Below, one piece after another: positions 23,075 through 37,600 of a stretch of 64,000 nucleotides of DNA (position 1 is the first letter of the stretch; each line of letters starts with the position of its first letter). Under the pieces are notes generated by a model. It did not search any database. It was not told the origin of the DNA and saw only the letters and a program-made list of their open reading frames with translations. The DNA is from Antedon mediterranea (Eukaryota > Animalia > Echinodermata). Position numbers and translations under genes: made by a program. Location: positions 3,874,201 through 3,938,200 of the forward strand of contig NC_092679.1 in assembly GCF_964355755.1 (NCBI RefSeq). Direction: 5' to 3'.

Positions 23075-24270
23075 ACCTTATTTCATAATCAATTATTACG
23101 CCTGTTAATAGCTTTTTTAGTAACAAGATGATTAGGCGCTATTAACCGTGTAATATTTAAAAAGAAATCACCTTAATTTTATTCTAAAACAAGAAAATTA
23201 AGAATTAAAACTGAATAGCTGCCACATTTTGTTTTTTGAATAAATTTGTAATCATGACCGATGTCTAGAAGCCATGTGTTTTTACAATTTGTATATAATG
23301 GGAGTAAGAGTAAAAATCAATTTGAAATGCATTAATTCAATGTGTACGTATTTGAAATAAAAATGCTACAGTATTAGAAAAACAATGAAGCTGCTAGTCA
23401 AAGAAAGCAGAGTTTTTAAATTTTTGTGGGTGGTTATTTTAAAACAATTTGTCAGCATTACGTTGATTGTTTATTTGTTGTGGTGGATTTAGGGGAATCC
23501 CCCTCTCCACCACTCCTATCATTTTTATCCTAATCGCATTTCAATCAACTATAATAAGTCGATACATTTTATTATTTTGAATGTTAAATGCTTTTAATGT
23601 TTATACATTATTTCGTTTTTTAATTTTAAAATATAAATTTAATTTTAACAGCAACTCACCCCTTTATTGATTTGCCACTGCAAGGGGTAGTCAAGTTGAT
23701 TTAGTTTGAAGATATTCACAAGCAGGGTAGAAATAAATGCATGGCTAATTTTGCACCATAACCAGCAGTCTTTTGGGAGCCTATCATATTTTATTTTTGT
23801 GATCTAGGCCTGGGGAAGTATTAGTATAAGCATATTCATTTATTATTGAGTAGATGCTGTACTGCACTGAATTAATGTGAACCAGACAAGTACTAATCTA
23901 TCTAAAGGTTCCTTTCTGACAATGCTTTCTTTGTGGTTACCGGCCTGTTAAGAATCTTTTCAAGAAACCATGCATGCTTTTCATTTATTTGTATCTACAA
24001 AATAGTTGTATAGTGTAGAATTGTTTTTCACTGGTATTGATTATGTTGTAAAAGTGCTGATTAAAAATGTCTTCAACAAAATCTGAATCTTGTGTTTGCA
24101 TTATTTTTGTTTATACCAGTTTCATATTCAGTAATTATGGTGGGCCCTTAGTGGCCTACATGTACCTATAATATTACAACAAACCTACCAGATAAAAGAC
24201 AAAACCAGGTGTACTAAACTCAAATCGATGTGTCGTCTGAACGCGTGTTTTTGCACAAGTTTACCAGTAA

Positions 24271-24519
24271 AGTTCCGTCTACACTATCAAACTAGTTTGA
24301 CAAAAAAGTGTGCCTAAATATGGTAGTGATATGACATCATCATGTCTATATAAAATTTAGCTTGAAATTGAGGTTAAAGCAAATTGCTTATTCGCCCCTC
24401 TGCAATTACACATCTCTTGCATACGGCTGAAACTCCTGGTGGTGGTTTTCCAGAGTTCTTTCAGGTTGGATGGTCAAGTCACATTTGTTTTCACATAAAG
24501 TTTGATAGTGTAGACAGCT
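24271..24519. mobile_element. MITE family A with an internal insertion
   Basis: AGTTCCGTCTACACTATCAAAC...GTTTGATAGTGTAGACAGCT with family motifs. Confidence 0.7.
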
Positions 24520-25829
24520 TAGCAAATGGCATTTTAGTGTGAACATGAATTGTATGGGAATAAATCCAGGTATGAGTGAAATTACAAGAATATCAAAGTT
24601 ATCCATGTGGAGGACATTCTGATTCAGTCGCGCGCCTATATGACGTCTTATTATGTATAAATAGTATGATATCCTTATAACATTGATTAAGTGGGACAAG
24701 GCCTACTATGTTTAAATGCATGATCCTTTATTAAAATGATTAAGTGTGACAAATACATTGCTATCACACGCGAAATATTTACACTATAATAATAACATGT
24801 ATATTTATATCTTCACTTTGGTGCATATTCTGCCAAGCCCAATTACAGGGTTGGTCATAGGCCAATTTGAAATACTTTTTTATAAATATCCCCAGGTACG
24901 TCTCTTCCGATTTACCAGTAGGATTACCAGCGCTAAGATTGCGGATTAAGTTCTTCTGTGGCTTACTGTGCATTTTTATACATTTGTAAGCCTAGATGAA
25001 TAATATTGTTATTGTTTATATTTGAAATAGGAGTGCCACCCCGTATGTATGATGCAACACCAAACATAATACAACGTACTGTTATAACCAATACATCCAG
25101 GGATTTCAAAGATAAGTCATTACTCCCAAGTTTGTCCATTAGGCTTATGTCCAATGTTTTTAGAATCGATTTCTACGCGTATGACAACAAGCAAAATAAA
25201 CTAGAATAAAAAATAGAAATTGTGCTTAAATTATGAAGTATATCCTATCAAGAAGAGCGCGCGCACTATGAATAGGTAGGTCCGGGTTATAATTAATGTT
25301 CGTGTTGGCAATTCGAAATTATCATTTAATTAATAACTTTATAAAGACTTTAATGATCAACACAGCGTATAGGCTACAGTGAAAATATTTTTAAGGCACA
25401 AAGGTAATTGTATTGCACTCTTACTTTACACATATTAACTCTAATTAACCTGTTCATATGTTTGGAAATATGTTTAAACTTTAGCCAATAATTTTGACTG
25501 TATTGGATCTTGTTTTCATATAGAGAGACAACCACAAATTAAAATGCTCTCAGAATTAAACCAAGCGCACATCCTAGTTATTAAGAAGTGAACCAGGGAG
25601 ATTTATGGGGGAAACGTACCCACATGATGGGGATAATATTTTTCTGCCATTATCCTTCAAGACGCCTTGATATTTTTGAAGCGCTATCAAAATGGACTGT
25701 ACCGTAGTGTCCTAATGATATAAAACATAAATAAGAGGAGGACGGAGTAAATCACAGGGAGCATTCGCCGATGAAAACCAATAAGTTAATATCGCCTTTT
25801 CTGTCCATTTTTTTGTTCCACTTGCAAAA

Positions 25830-26235
25830 ACGTAGGCCTACGCAAGGACGTAGGCCTAAGTCCAGCATGGTTTCCACTAGGACGTAACACAAGGACGTAA
25901 ACGCAACGCAAGCTAGTTGACTAATGACAAGTGACAGTTTGAATAATCCATCGCTTGTGACGTGATTGGTCAAATCACTTACGTTGCGTTACGTCCTTGC
26001 GTTACGTCGCTAGTGGGAACCAAGCTTACTAGAACTAGAGACGCAACACAAGGACATGAGCGCAACGTAAGGGATCTGTTATTCGAACTGTTGCTTGTCA
26101 TTGCGTTGTGTCTACGTGCTTGCGTTGCGTCCTAGTGGGAACCAAGCTTTAGTACTATTGACCAATCACGATCACTGTCGCTTGTGATTGGTCAACTTAC
26201 TTGCGTTGCGCTTACATTGTTGCATAGTGGGAATA
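25830..26235. mobile_element. Cluster of MITE family B copies (TIR AGCTTGGTTCCCACTAG)
   Basis: Repeated GGTT(T/C)CCACTAGGACG(T/C)AAC...CTAGTGGGAACCAAGCTT units with an internal TGACCAATCACAAGCGA-like core. Relatives at ~39028, ~42629, ~50243, ~57896 and ~60700. Confidence 0.75.
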
Positions 26236-26719
26236 AATCCATCTCATCACGTACTCCTCATTATAAATTGAACAGAAATAAATAAATATAACTAAACATT
26301 TAAAAACAACTGATGTGGTAATTTCTTTTGACATCGCGAGCAGCCCTCGTTTGAATCTCAATATTTGGCATGTTTTGCAAAACGAGAATTTATGCAAGAT
26401 ATCCAATCGATACACTGGAAATAGTTCACCTGCTGTTGTTATTTAAACAAATACTGACTTTCCACATCATGCATTTACCAGCGAAACAATCAATTAAAAA
26501 TAATAATAAATAAAAACACAACTGGCGACAATTACAATATAGGCATATGTTTATTAGGCCTATTATCAATTTTTTTTTTAAGGCTTAGAGGTCAACTTCA
26601 TTTCGTCGTAAATAATAGGCCATATAATGAAAATGGTTTAATAATAATAATCTTTAAATAACCGTGTATTGTTCATTTTTAAAATGAATTGTTTTTATTC
26701 GTTTCTATAGGCATACTTA

Positions 26720-26851
26720 AGCTCTGTCTACACTATCAAACTTTATGTGACAAAAAAGTGTGATGTGCCCATATATGGACATGATGATGTCATATGACTA
26801 CCATATTTGGGCATATCACACATTGTGGTCAAAGTAGTAGTCGACAGAGCT
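26720..26851. mobile_element. MITE family A (PIF/Harbinger-like)
   Basis: TTA|AGCTCTGTCTACACTATCAAAC...GACAGAGCT|TTA. Confidence 0.8.
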
Positions 26852-27340
26852 TTAGACTTTTAAAATATGTGATGCCGATGAAGAAGTTGTTATTAATATT
26901 ATTTCATGTATGGTGATGTTTATAATAGGACACATTTGTAATGTACTCAAATGACGTCCAGCAATGATAAATGAAAGTAAAATTAGATTTAAATTGGTCA
27001 CCAAGACTGATATGAGGATCCTTTGTTCGCGCTCCGCGCATCACCTAACTATACCGTCAATACAATTGATGCATTCTGTATATATAAATGAATAAATAAT
27101 ATTTATGAAATATATTAATGAAATTGAAATTAACTATAGGCCTAAACGTATGTGGTGACGTGGTAACAACAGATGGTTGGTACAGAATCAAGTTTGTTGC
27201 TTTCTATCTCTTGTATCTCGTTTCCCAGTATGCAATACAATTTCTTACCAACCATAATGTATGTGTAAACGCGTTTGCGAAACTAGAAGAAACGCGAAGC
27301 TGACGCGTGCATGCGTACACAAAGTGAATGATTCATTCAA

Positions 27341-27443
27341 TAGGGAGGTTTCGCAACGCTACGAATACGATAACGAAAACGGATACGTCACACACACGTA
27401 TCCGTTTTCGTTATAGTATTCGCCGCGTTGCGAAACCTCCCTA
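27341..27443. repeat. ~100-bp near-perfect palindrome (foldback MITE-like)
   Basis: TAGGGAGGTTTCGCAACGC...ACGAAAACGGATACGT-loop-ACGTATCCGTTTTCGT...GCGTTGCGAAACCTCCCTA. Confidence 0.85.
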
Positions 27444-28677
27444 ATATAAATCATCATATGGCCTCCACTTTAAATACACAGTTTCGTTAATGAATAATTT
27501 GTCGGGGACCAGATGAGATAGTTTTTAACCCATTTATCAAACGTAGGCCTATCTTCGTATTAAGTAAACTTTGACACAAAATCATTATTATATGGCCAAT
27601 TTACACAGACGGAACGAGCGGTAACGGTAATAATAATATAGAATCTATGTTATTCCTTATGACCATTTACATACAACACGGAGCGGACCGACGGTTTCCG
27701 TTCAGGATAGATGCAGATTCTTCGTAGGAAAAGCTACATATTTCTGCTTACCGCTAAGCCTGTTTTCCTGTCGACGTAACGTTACATCGATAACCAACCA
27801 TTCGTCTGTGTTTTACTATTCCACTTTTTTTCTTTAGTAAACAGCTTCAGGTATTAAAGTGTTTGTAGGTCAAATCAAGTATAGCTCAGACAAATTTTTT
27901 AGAAAATATTTTATAATATTTTCCCTATTATTATCTGCGGTAAACTATTAAAAAACTATTCGTTTTCTATACTGTGCGATTAAAACATCCGATTTCCGTC
28001 AATGGTTTTGGGGTTTCTTTTTTGGTAGATCTCGAAATTAAAAAAAGTCTAAAAACAAAATCTTCGACCAAATACCGAACCCGACAACGTCAGGGTATTA
28101 AAAATAGAATAATCTAAACGTCCAACTCAGTGATTGAAACTAATGAAAAGAAACTGAAGTGATCAGTAGGCCTACTAGGCGGTACCAATAATGTAGTCAA
28201 ACATGTAATGTTGTATTTTTTTCAGTTGGTGGTAACTATAATACTGTAATATAAATAACTTATTTTAATTCTGTTTAACTTGATATCGATTGGTGGTGCG
28301 TATGTAAAAAAGGACAAACTGCTAATAAATAAAAAAGTAGTAAAAAAAACAATAACATAAAAAACTATACTACATTGTTTATTCGTATTACAAATACAAT
28401 TAAAATGTAATTCTTTTATGAATGAATGATTCCCCAGAGTGCGTGGCCTATCCTCCTGAAAATTGACCAATCAGTGAAAAGAACGTTGAAGAATGCACCG
28501 CCCCGTTTTTTAACGATGCGCTGCTGCTCACTCAAGCGAGTCGTTAACAAATTATTAAAAAAGGCTCGGTCGGCACACTGAGGTCAGACAGAGATATACA
28601 ATACATTCTAAGAGATCAAACATCGGATATTCTTGATTTATTAAAACTATTTGACACAAATTTCAATAAAACAGATA

Positions 28678-31600
28678 ATGGATAACGATACAACTGATGC
28701 GGGAGATGAAATTGTCAACTATTTAGGTGTTCTTGACTATGTTATCTTAGCGTTTGTAGTTTTGATTGCCGCTGTGACAGGAATATATCATGGATTTGCA
28801 AAGGGTGGTCAAACTACAACAGAAGAGTAAGTATTTTTAAATTATTTATATCATAATGTATTCATATATTATGCTATTGTATGCCTAGGTCCTATACATA
28901 TTACATAAATGTTTAAAATGCTAGGCTAGAAGCCGCTAACTAGCCGACATTCGTTCCGGCCGGTGCTGTTGCTGTGTGGTAGACTAGAGCCCACCCCACC
29001 CACGTCTATAATTTTATCATGATGATGAAAATGATTATGAATATATTGTTTTGTTTGGAAAATAATGTCTACTATTCATCCTCTGGGCTATACAATTTAA
29101 TTGCAATAGAACACAGCTTTATTTACAATATAGGCCTAGGCTTGGATGGCCAGCCATCATGGGTGGAGTGATGGCACTGGATAGGCTAGACCTAGCTAGA
29201 GCCTAGGATATATATTATTATTAAGCCTAGCCTAGGCCTATACAAAATATAATAAATACAGTCACACTCTCCAATAAAATAAGATGTATTGTAATTGTTG
29301 TTAGCTAGGTATGCGTTTTTTATTTAAAAATGTATACTACATTTATAGCAGATATGATTGGGAATAGTTCACATAAACACACTTTGTTTGATTCTGTCTT
29401 GAATGTTTATATTTTAGAAGAGCGTCATAATCTGGAATAAACCTGTTTTTAATCAGACATTCCGGGTCACGTCGTGCGCTCTTTCAACCCATTGAGATGT
29501 TGTCAAATGTCCTTGACAACAACAACAGTTTGTAAAAAAGAATTCTGGAAAAATGCCAATTCTTTATTGTATCAAAACTATTCGCCCAGAATTGGAATTT
29601 CTGACAGTATTGTTAACACCATGTCAACTTGAAATTCTACTGTTAGTTTACACACAATATATACACAACACAACGTTGTTTCTCATGAGTTGAAATGAAA
29701 GCAATTTACGGTCACACCCACTGCCATACCTCCAGTTTTGTCCAATCACAGAGTCGTATTTACGTTATTTATTACGTAACATCTCGTTATTATGACAACG
29801 AACGTTTATTCTCGCATTAACAAAACATTGTACGACTATCACATGTCAGTGACGATTTAAATGGGTTGGATTAATGAAAAGCCAGTGTATGATCCCTTTA
29901 GGCTTTATTTATTCCTTTTTAAAATATTGTCTGTCTTTATATTTTGATTTTAAAGTTGTTTGTAGGCCTAAGTTTTTTAATGTCTTTTTCACATAAACAC
30001 ACTTTGTTTGACTCTGTCTTGAATGTTTATATTTTAGAGTGAATCTGGAATAAACTTGTTTTTTAATGTTATTGCTCTAAAAACCAGGATCATCATATGT
30101 AAAAGAGGTGCAATATCTATACCTTTTTCAATAAAATAAAAAATTCGTCCCCACGGGACGCCGACAAATTGGCTTTTGATGACAGTATGATGTACTTTGT
30201 GTATACTACTGTACTGTAGTTCCAGTGAATTAGGCTATATTTTGGAATTTTTATACTACTACAACCCAACCATTGAATGATCATCTCTGTCATTTTTGCT
30301 AAATAAAATAATATCGGTGCTGACGAATGTGATGAAGTAGACAAACGGTAAACAATGATACTTGTTTCGCAACAAATTATGGTTATTTCAATAATGTTGA
30401 AATAAGACATATTTCTCCATGGTTATCCTAAGTAATATTATACGTTTTTTCCTTCTGTTGCTCTGTTCTGTTGTATTGTACTGTACATAGTTGGTAGACA
30501 AAGCCTGACATTAAACGTTAAACCTACCCCACCAAAAACAACCGACAATTTGTTAGTCCTGAAGAATTCCAATAATTGTATTGTGTGACTTCTTCCTCTA
30601 ATTATACTACTACTCTTATACACAGCCAGGCTATACTCTCCTCTTTGGGTAGATATAGTCTAGTCCGGTTACTATATCATCGAGTAATGAATAATGTCAC
30701 AGTCGAACCCCTCCTTTGGGACACCCAATAGGGGGACAAGTGCCTACTGGGAAACAAAATGAAGGAAAAACAAGCTTTTTATATTACGGGGATATTTGTG
30801 AGGTCCCAGGCATGTAGGTATGTATATTAATATTTTCACACACATATTTGATGAATGACGAATTTCTTTCTGTTTTTTTCTAAAGGTTTCTGGTCGCAGA
30901 TCGTAGTATGTTTAGCTTGCCGATTGCTATGACGCTGCTAGCCTCGTTTATATCACCTATCACGATTTTAGGAAAACCTGCAGAAATATATACATACGGC
31001 GGGCAATATTTCGTCTTTATTATTTGTCATCTTCTATTATTTCCAGCAATCGCTTTTATATTTATTCCAGTCTTTCACGGACTGAGGATAACAAGCGCAT
31101 ACGAGGTAAATAATTAATTACATTATATTTAGTTTTCATTATTATTTACATACTGTATTAATATGTCAGACAAGAAATTGACCTTTGTAACTCATTACTG
31201 TATCTGTAATTTAATGTTGTAGTTAGTAGGCTTAATATTATATTTCAATTGCGCAGTTCCAATAATTAAAGCTCTGTCTGATGTGCCCAAATTTGGACAT
31301 GATGATATCACATCTTTATGTCAAACTAGTTTAGACAGAGGTTTAGAAACAGTGTTCCTCGTAACATTGTTAAAGCGTGGTTGTCTGGGAATGTAACAGT
31401 ACTGCAGCACTAACGCAACGCAACAACGTACGTATAGGCGCAACACAACTGAGTTGACCAATCAACGCGATGGAACAACCGATGAACGGTATTCCAACAA
31501 CATTTGGTTTCCAGTTAAACGTTACAGTTTGTGATAGTGCAATGACCCAATCGGCGTCCCATAGTATAAACTATAACACAATATATTGTGTACAATGTCG

Positions 31601-34600
31601 ATTATTTCTTTTATCGTAACTATTGTTACGCACGTTGCATGATTCTAAACATTTTAATGTGTAAATACAGCCTACGCCCTTATTTAGACATTGTTTTAGT
31701 TTATGTCGGTATACCATGTAATAATATCGCTTCCTGTATCTTTTATGTTAAAATAGAGGAGTAACCAGTTACTCCCTCTTTAGGATTTTCTTTACTCCTT
31801 CTATTCACGTCACCTACTCAGTCTGCAATTGTTCTGGGATAAAAAAAAAAAAATTTTTCTTTTGTAGGAAAAAAATAAAAAATACTAATAAAAAATAAAT
31901 AAATCAAATTCCCACCATACAGGTTCATAGGCCTACTACTGTACTACTCATTAATGGAACGTACATTTACCAACTCAAATTTCTAAACCTATATAAAATG
32001 CGTATGTTCATTCCGTTACGAAAACTAAATAACTAATTAATAGCTACTTTTGATTTATATTTCAGTACCTTAAACTACGATTTGGTCTACCGCTTCAAAT
32101 ATGTGGGGCAGGTATATTTATGTTGCAGACCTCATTTTATATGGCTATAGTCTTATACTCTCCCGCACTGGCCATAGAATTCGGTGAGTATACAAATGAC
32201 AAGATTAGTACACAATTGATGAGTATGATGTTAAATTATCACTTCCACCTAGGAGGTTATATATCTGATATATAAATATATATATATATATTTGTTGTCT
32301 GAGATATTTATGTACTGTACGTGTGTGTGTGGTTTGTTTGTTAGCAGAACAACGTAAAAACTAAAAGACGGTTCTTAACCAAATTTAAACGACAGATAGA
32401 TATGTGGTCACGGATCAGGATCCCAATTCTGGACTTTTTACTTAAGCTCTCGCTACACTATCAAACTAGTTTTATCAGAAAAGTGTGATGTGCCCAAATA
32501 TGATAGTGATATGCCCAAATATGGTAGTGATATGTCATCATCATGTCCATATATGGTCACAACACATTTTGTTGTCACATACAGTTTGATAGTGTAGACT
32601 GCAGAGCTGTAGGCCTACATCAAAACAACAAGACCCATAATGTAGTACGTTTTCGTAGTCGGTGAAGATCAAAGGTAGGCCTAAATCCACTGCCTGGTCC
32701 ACTCCTACTACCTTCTGGTGTTAATAAGAATGCTTATAGTATGTTATATCATAGAGATAATATCTCTATGGTTATATAGGCTTTCAAATACATTTGCCTT
32801 AATCCAGCGGAAACCCACAGGCCGGCTGTATGTTGGATGCCTTCTTTTACCGGAGTTGATTACTGAATTTATACGGGGCGCCGTTCGGGACAACGACTGG
32901 TTGCATAAATTAATAGTATAGTTATATTATATCTAGACCAAAATTCTAAGTTTTCACTAAAAGTTCACAGTACTATAAAATGACCCTGACCTTGTAATTG
33001 AATGAGAACTGAACAACCGCAGAGTGAATGTTTTGTGAAAATGACGTGAGAGAGGATGTCGAGATTGGAATATAGTTGTACAGTATATGCCTAATAATGG
33101 AGTAGTGGTATAATAAAAACCCACCACACAAGAAGCTTTTAAAGTAAAGTACTTCTATGGTTAGAAATATTACCATCTTGAAAATATAACATTATTTGCG
33201 ATGTGGGATAAACAATACGATATCGTTGCATTTGAAATTAGAAACAAGTGTTCGAAATAAAAATGAATAGGCCTACAGATTTTTATACCGATATGATTTT
33301 GATCGCAGGCAAAGTCATAAGATGAAACGTGAATGTGATAATGTGACGAGGCAAAAGTTAATCGATTTTCAATGTGTTTTTTTTTTTAGTAACAAGTTTC
33401 GGTTTATGGAAAACGGTGATGATTGGTGGGATCGTATGTACTTTTTATACGTCATTGGTAGGTATTTTACAATGTGTTGGAGTGATTTAAAAATGTTGAA
33501 TTATTCATTCTTAACTCCATGACTATTATTCCATAAAACTTGGTACTGTACCGTTCCAACTTGATACAACGCAACCACGTAGGCGCAACCTGAGTTGACC
33601 AATCACAAGCGACAATTGACGGTCCATCGCGTCATTATTGGTCAAATTATTCGCAGTGCACTTACGTAATTGCGTGCAAACGGTCCCAGTGAGATGTCGA
33701 CTTTTCGAACCCGGCCAACTGTTTTTTAACGGGGTATTTTTATACTTCCTCGGTACCGGTGGTGGGCGTTATCAAACAGCAGACTAGTGGAAGATTTAAT
33801 TTGAACCCATTTCCGTTCAACCTTCCATATGGTTAAACATTCACTATACTGTTAATGTTTAGAGTAAGGTCAAACCTCTGTAGCACCGACTGCTTATTAC
33901 ATGATTTCATTTCACTTACAAATTATTATTTAAAGCATGGTATAAAATAATATCTAAATAATATACACAAATATTGACGGTCGTAAAACTGAACTAAAAA
34001 ATGTAGCCTAATAGTTTACCAGCAATTTTTACCGAACAATAAGACTGTGATTCGATGTGAATTGCTTGAATACCGATGATTGACAATAATTGATCAACAA
34101 TATGTTCAGATGTACGAATAAATGTGATTAAATTGTAACATCGACCTGAGCGTTCTAATTTTGATAATAATGCAACTATTTTTTTACGCTCGCGTTGTTA
34201 TTGCGAACAATTTATAGACGCGCTGGTTATGTTATCTGGAAGTGTACGCACTCCATTTAATTAGGCTAGTGCTATAATCAAAGTCACTACTACTGACTGG
34301 CCATGGACTGGCACAAAATATACTCCTGTAGAAAATACTTCGTCATCGCATCTTTGTTTAATTTCAACCGTCAATGAGAGTTGTAGTTGACCTATATTGA
34401 AACGGCCGACTGACCGTTGAATGACCTTTAAAGTACAATACTTTTTTAAAAACAAAACAGGTTGAAATATCCAAAATAGTTTATGCTTCAGAGGCTTTCG
34501 TGCCCTCCTATAGTATTTTTGTTATTAGTTGTGCCAACCGTTATTTGATTTTTGATTAAGATTATTTGAATAATTAAGTAGGCTGATAACTTTATTGTCT

Positions 34601-37600
34601 CGTTACGTTGTATACATGTGTGGGTTATGTGGGATTTATATGACGCCCAACGGTTATTGTTTACTTGGTTCTGAGTTCTATAGTATTTACAAACTTTTAA
34701 ATTACGTCATTGACATCACCATAAGCGTTATTCTGGGCTTCGTTTAACATAGCGTTACATACAATCAATAAATACTTTTTGTCGTAATCTTTAGTAAACA
34801 CTTTCAATACATAATATGATGACATAACAGTTCCCTATCTGTTTATCTCGTCACACAATCGTGTATAAATGGAATCGTTGAGTAGGCCTACAGTAGACAG
34901 TCTGTGTGGTGATTGATGTAAATTTGAACATGTTTTTAATATCTCAGGCATATAACTAAATTGATTACATTTGTTTATATAGTGATAATTTTATAACTAT
35001 TTATATTTGTTGTAATGATTACTTTGTAACGAAATTGTGATAAACATCTTCACTTCCTCTACCATAGTGGTTAATCATGAAATAATTTCGTCTGTATCTG
35101 TTATAATTGATTAAGTGTAATTTAAAATCATTTTCTGATCAAAATAAACTTTCACCATGAATTGTATAAGAGTGACCCGGATTGGTTCATGCTGGTGACG
35201 TCGGAACGTATTGGACGTGCGCAATGCAAATGAGTTGACCAATCAAGCGACAGTTAGGATGATCTTTCAGTCAAATTACTTGCCGCGTGCTTAAGCCTGT
35301 TTTCCTGTCGACGCTATCGTTAACAATAATTGGCGATCTTGTACGTAAACATTTACAGGAAAAGGTACTCGCGATCGATCGTCGTTGAACTGTTAACGAT
35401 CAATGACGATAGCGTCGAATATAACGTCAACAGGAAAGCCTGTTTTCATGTCGACGTTATCGTCGTTGATCGTTAAAGCCTGTTTTCCTGTCGACGTTAT
35501 TCGACGCTATCGTAAACAATAATCGGCGATCTTCTACGTATACATTGAAACGTTATCTTTTCAACTTGATCGTTTTTAAACGATCGTCGTTGAACTAAGA
35601 ATTAGGCTCATCAACAAACCGCACCCAAAACTGAATTGTTTGTGTGTTCGTCAACAACTATAACATGCACTAAACTGCATACATTTCAAATTTAAATCAA
35701 CATTTTGTCAAATTTGTAGCATGTTCTTGTCACATCTGTTGCCGACCAGCGCGGTTTGTTTCGATCATCGATTAATCGATTATGCATATAGAATTACCAA
35801 ACATCAACACATGTACAATTTAGCTTGGCTGTGTTGAAACTCAATATGTAGTTTTTACCAACAGTGTACATACACAATATTATATCAATTGATCACTTCA
35901 ATATTTTCAAAGACAGATTCAGTCAGAATTCATCAATTTCACGATAGTTTATAGTTACTATTGAATCAACATTATCAATTCTTTGCCGTCACAAATGAAA
36001 CCACTAATTAAAGTATCGTCGGCATGGTTGTTCGTTTTAGGTACCATAGGCCCACGTCCCATTTCATTTTTTCGGCCAATTTTACGCAATCTACTTTCTA
36101 GCAATTTTTTGTTGCGGTAAAATGGAAGAAACAACATCGTAGTCGATAGACAAACAGAAATAATTTAATTAGATTACTACTACAACCCATATGTTTCGTT
36201 AGACACTACGAATCACATAGTTTACGCGCGCGTAAACATTACTATCAATTATTGAACACGCGCCGCGTCTACATTTATGTGACTGTTGTCACTGTCGATT
36301 ACTGGCCATCATTCTATCTATTCATTCATTTAATAGGGAGGCATGAAAGCTGTTATATGGACTGACGTCATCATGTTCGTTGTGATATTTGGAACCACCG
36401 TTATGGTTATAGTAACAGGTGTCGTGAAGGCAGGTGGTGTTGGTCACGTGTGGGAGACAAACAAGGAGGCTGGTCGCCTTGATTTAATACAGTAGGTGAT
36501 AAACACAATTAATAAATAAAAATAATGTTGGCACGGGCCAGCAATCATGGAGGCCGTTATCGACTTTTATATTATGAAGTAGAATGTCATGTATATAAAT
36601 ATATAAAGCTCTGCCTACACTATCAAACTAGTTTGACAAAAAAAGTGCCCAAATATGGAAGTGATATAACATCATTATGTCCATATATGGGCACATCACA
36701 TTTTTCTGTCACACAAAGTTTGATAGTGTAGACAGAGCATTAGATTCCTGACTGTATTTGTTATAATTAATGGAAGTCAAGATTAATTGTGAATGTATAC
36801 AAATGATCTCAGGGCACCACTTATACTTGTAAAAGCATTTTTTCTTGTTTTGTGGTTGTCCCTGTTTCATTTCTTCTCAGTTTTACATTGTTACAAATTT
36901 ACTTTATTTTGTCGTGCTTGAAATTACATAAATATCTCGTATCACTAAGTTCCCGACTTTTAAATATTTTAGATTTCCTTGGGATCCAACTCAGCGTATG
37001 ACATTTCTGAATTTGGTAATCGGTGGTTTTATGAACTCACTTCCGATGTGGGCTGTCAGCCAAACGGCCGTTCAACGATTTCTGGCTGCAAAGAGCATAA
37101 AGGATGCACAAGCGTAAGTGGCAATCCTTTTGATCGTTTATCATCATTGTCGTCTTCTTTTCTGCTGTTAATGATTAATTTTGTTGAAGTTTTATACAAG
37201 TTTAAAGCTCTGTCTACACTATCAAACTTTATGTGACAAAAATGCCTATTTATGGACATGATGATGTCATATCACTACCACATTTTGAGCATATCACTAC
37301 CATATTTGAGCACATCACACTTTTTTGTCAAACTAGTTTTTATAGTGTACAGACACAGAACTTTACTCTCTTGTTTTTCTAGTAGTAGTGTATTTCTTTT
37401 CCTTGTATATTGTTATTTAAATTGAATGAATGCATTGATTGAACCAAATCACATATTAGTGCCGGGTGAGTGAGAGATGAATACTATACAATTACTCGAT
37501 TAGAAAGTGACTTTGAACCTTACTATTGACTTTGCCACGTCTTACTCTGTTCACGTTTGAAAGACTCTCTTCTGTACGACCAAGTGCCGTGGACTAATCC

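Noticed and set aside
29362-30065. Direct repeat (~29362-29450 and ~29985-30065) as LTRs
   Set aside because: The repeat is short, has no TG...CA termini, PBS/PPT or coding interior, and is more likely a local duplication.
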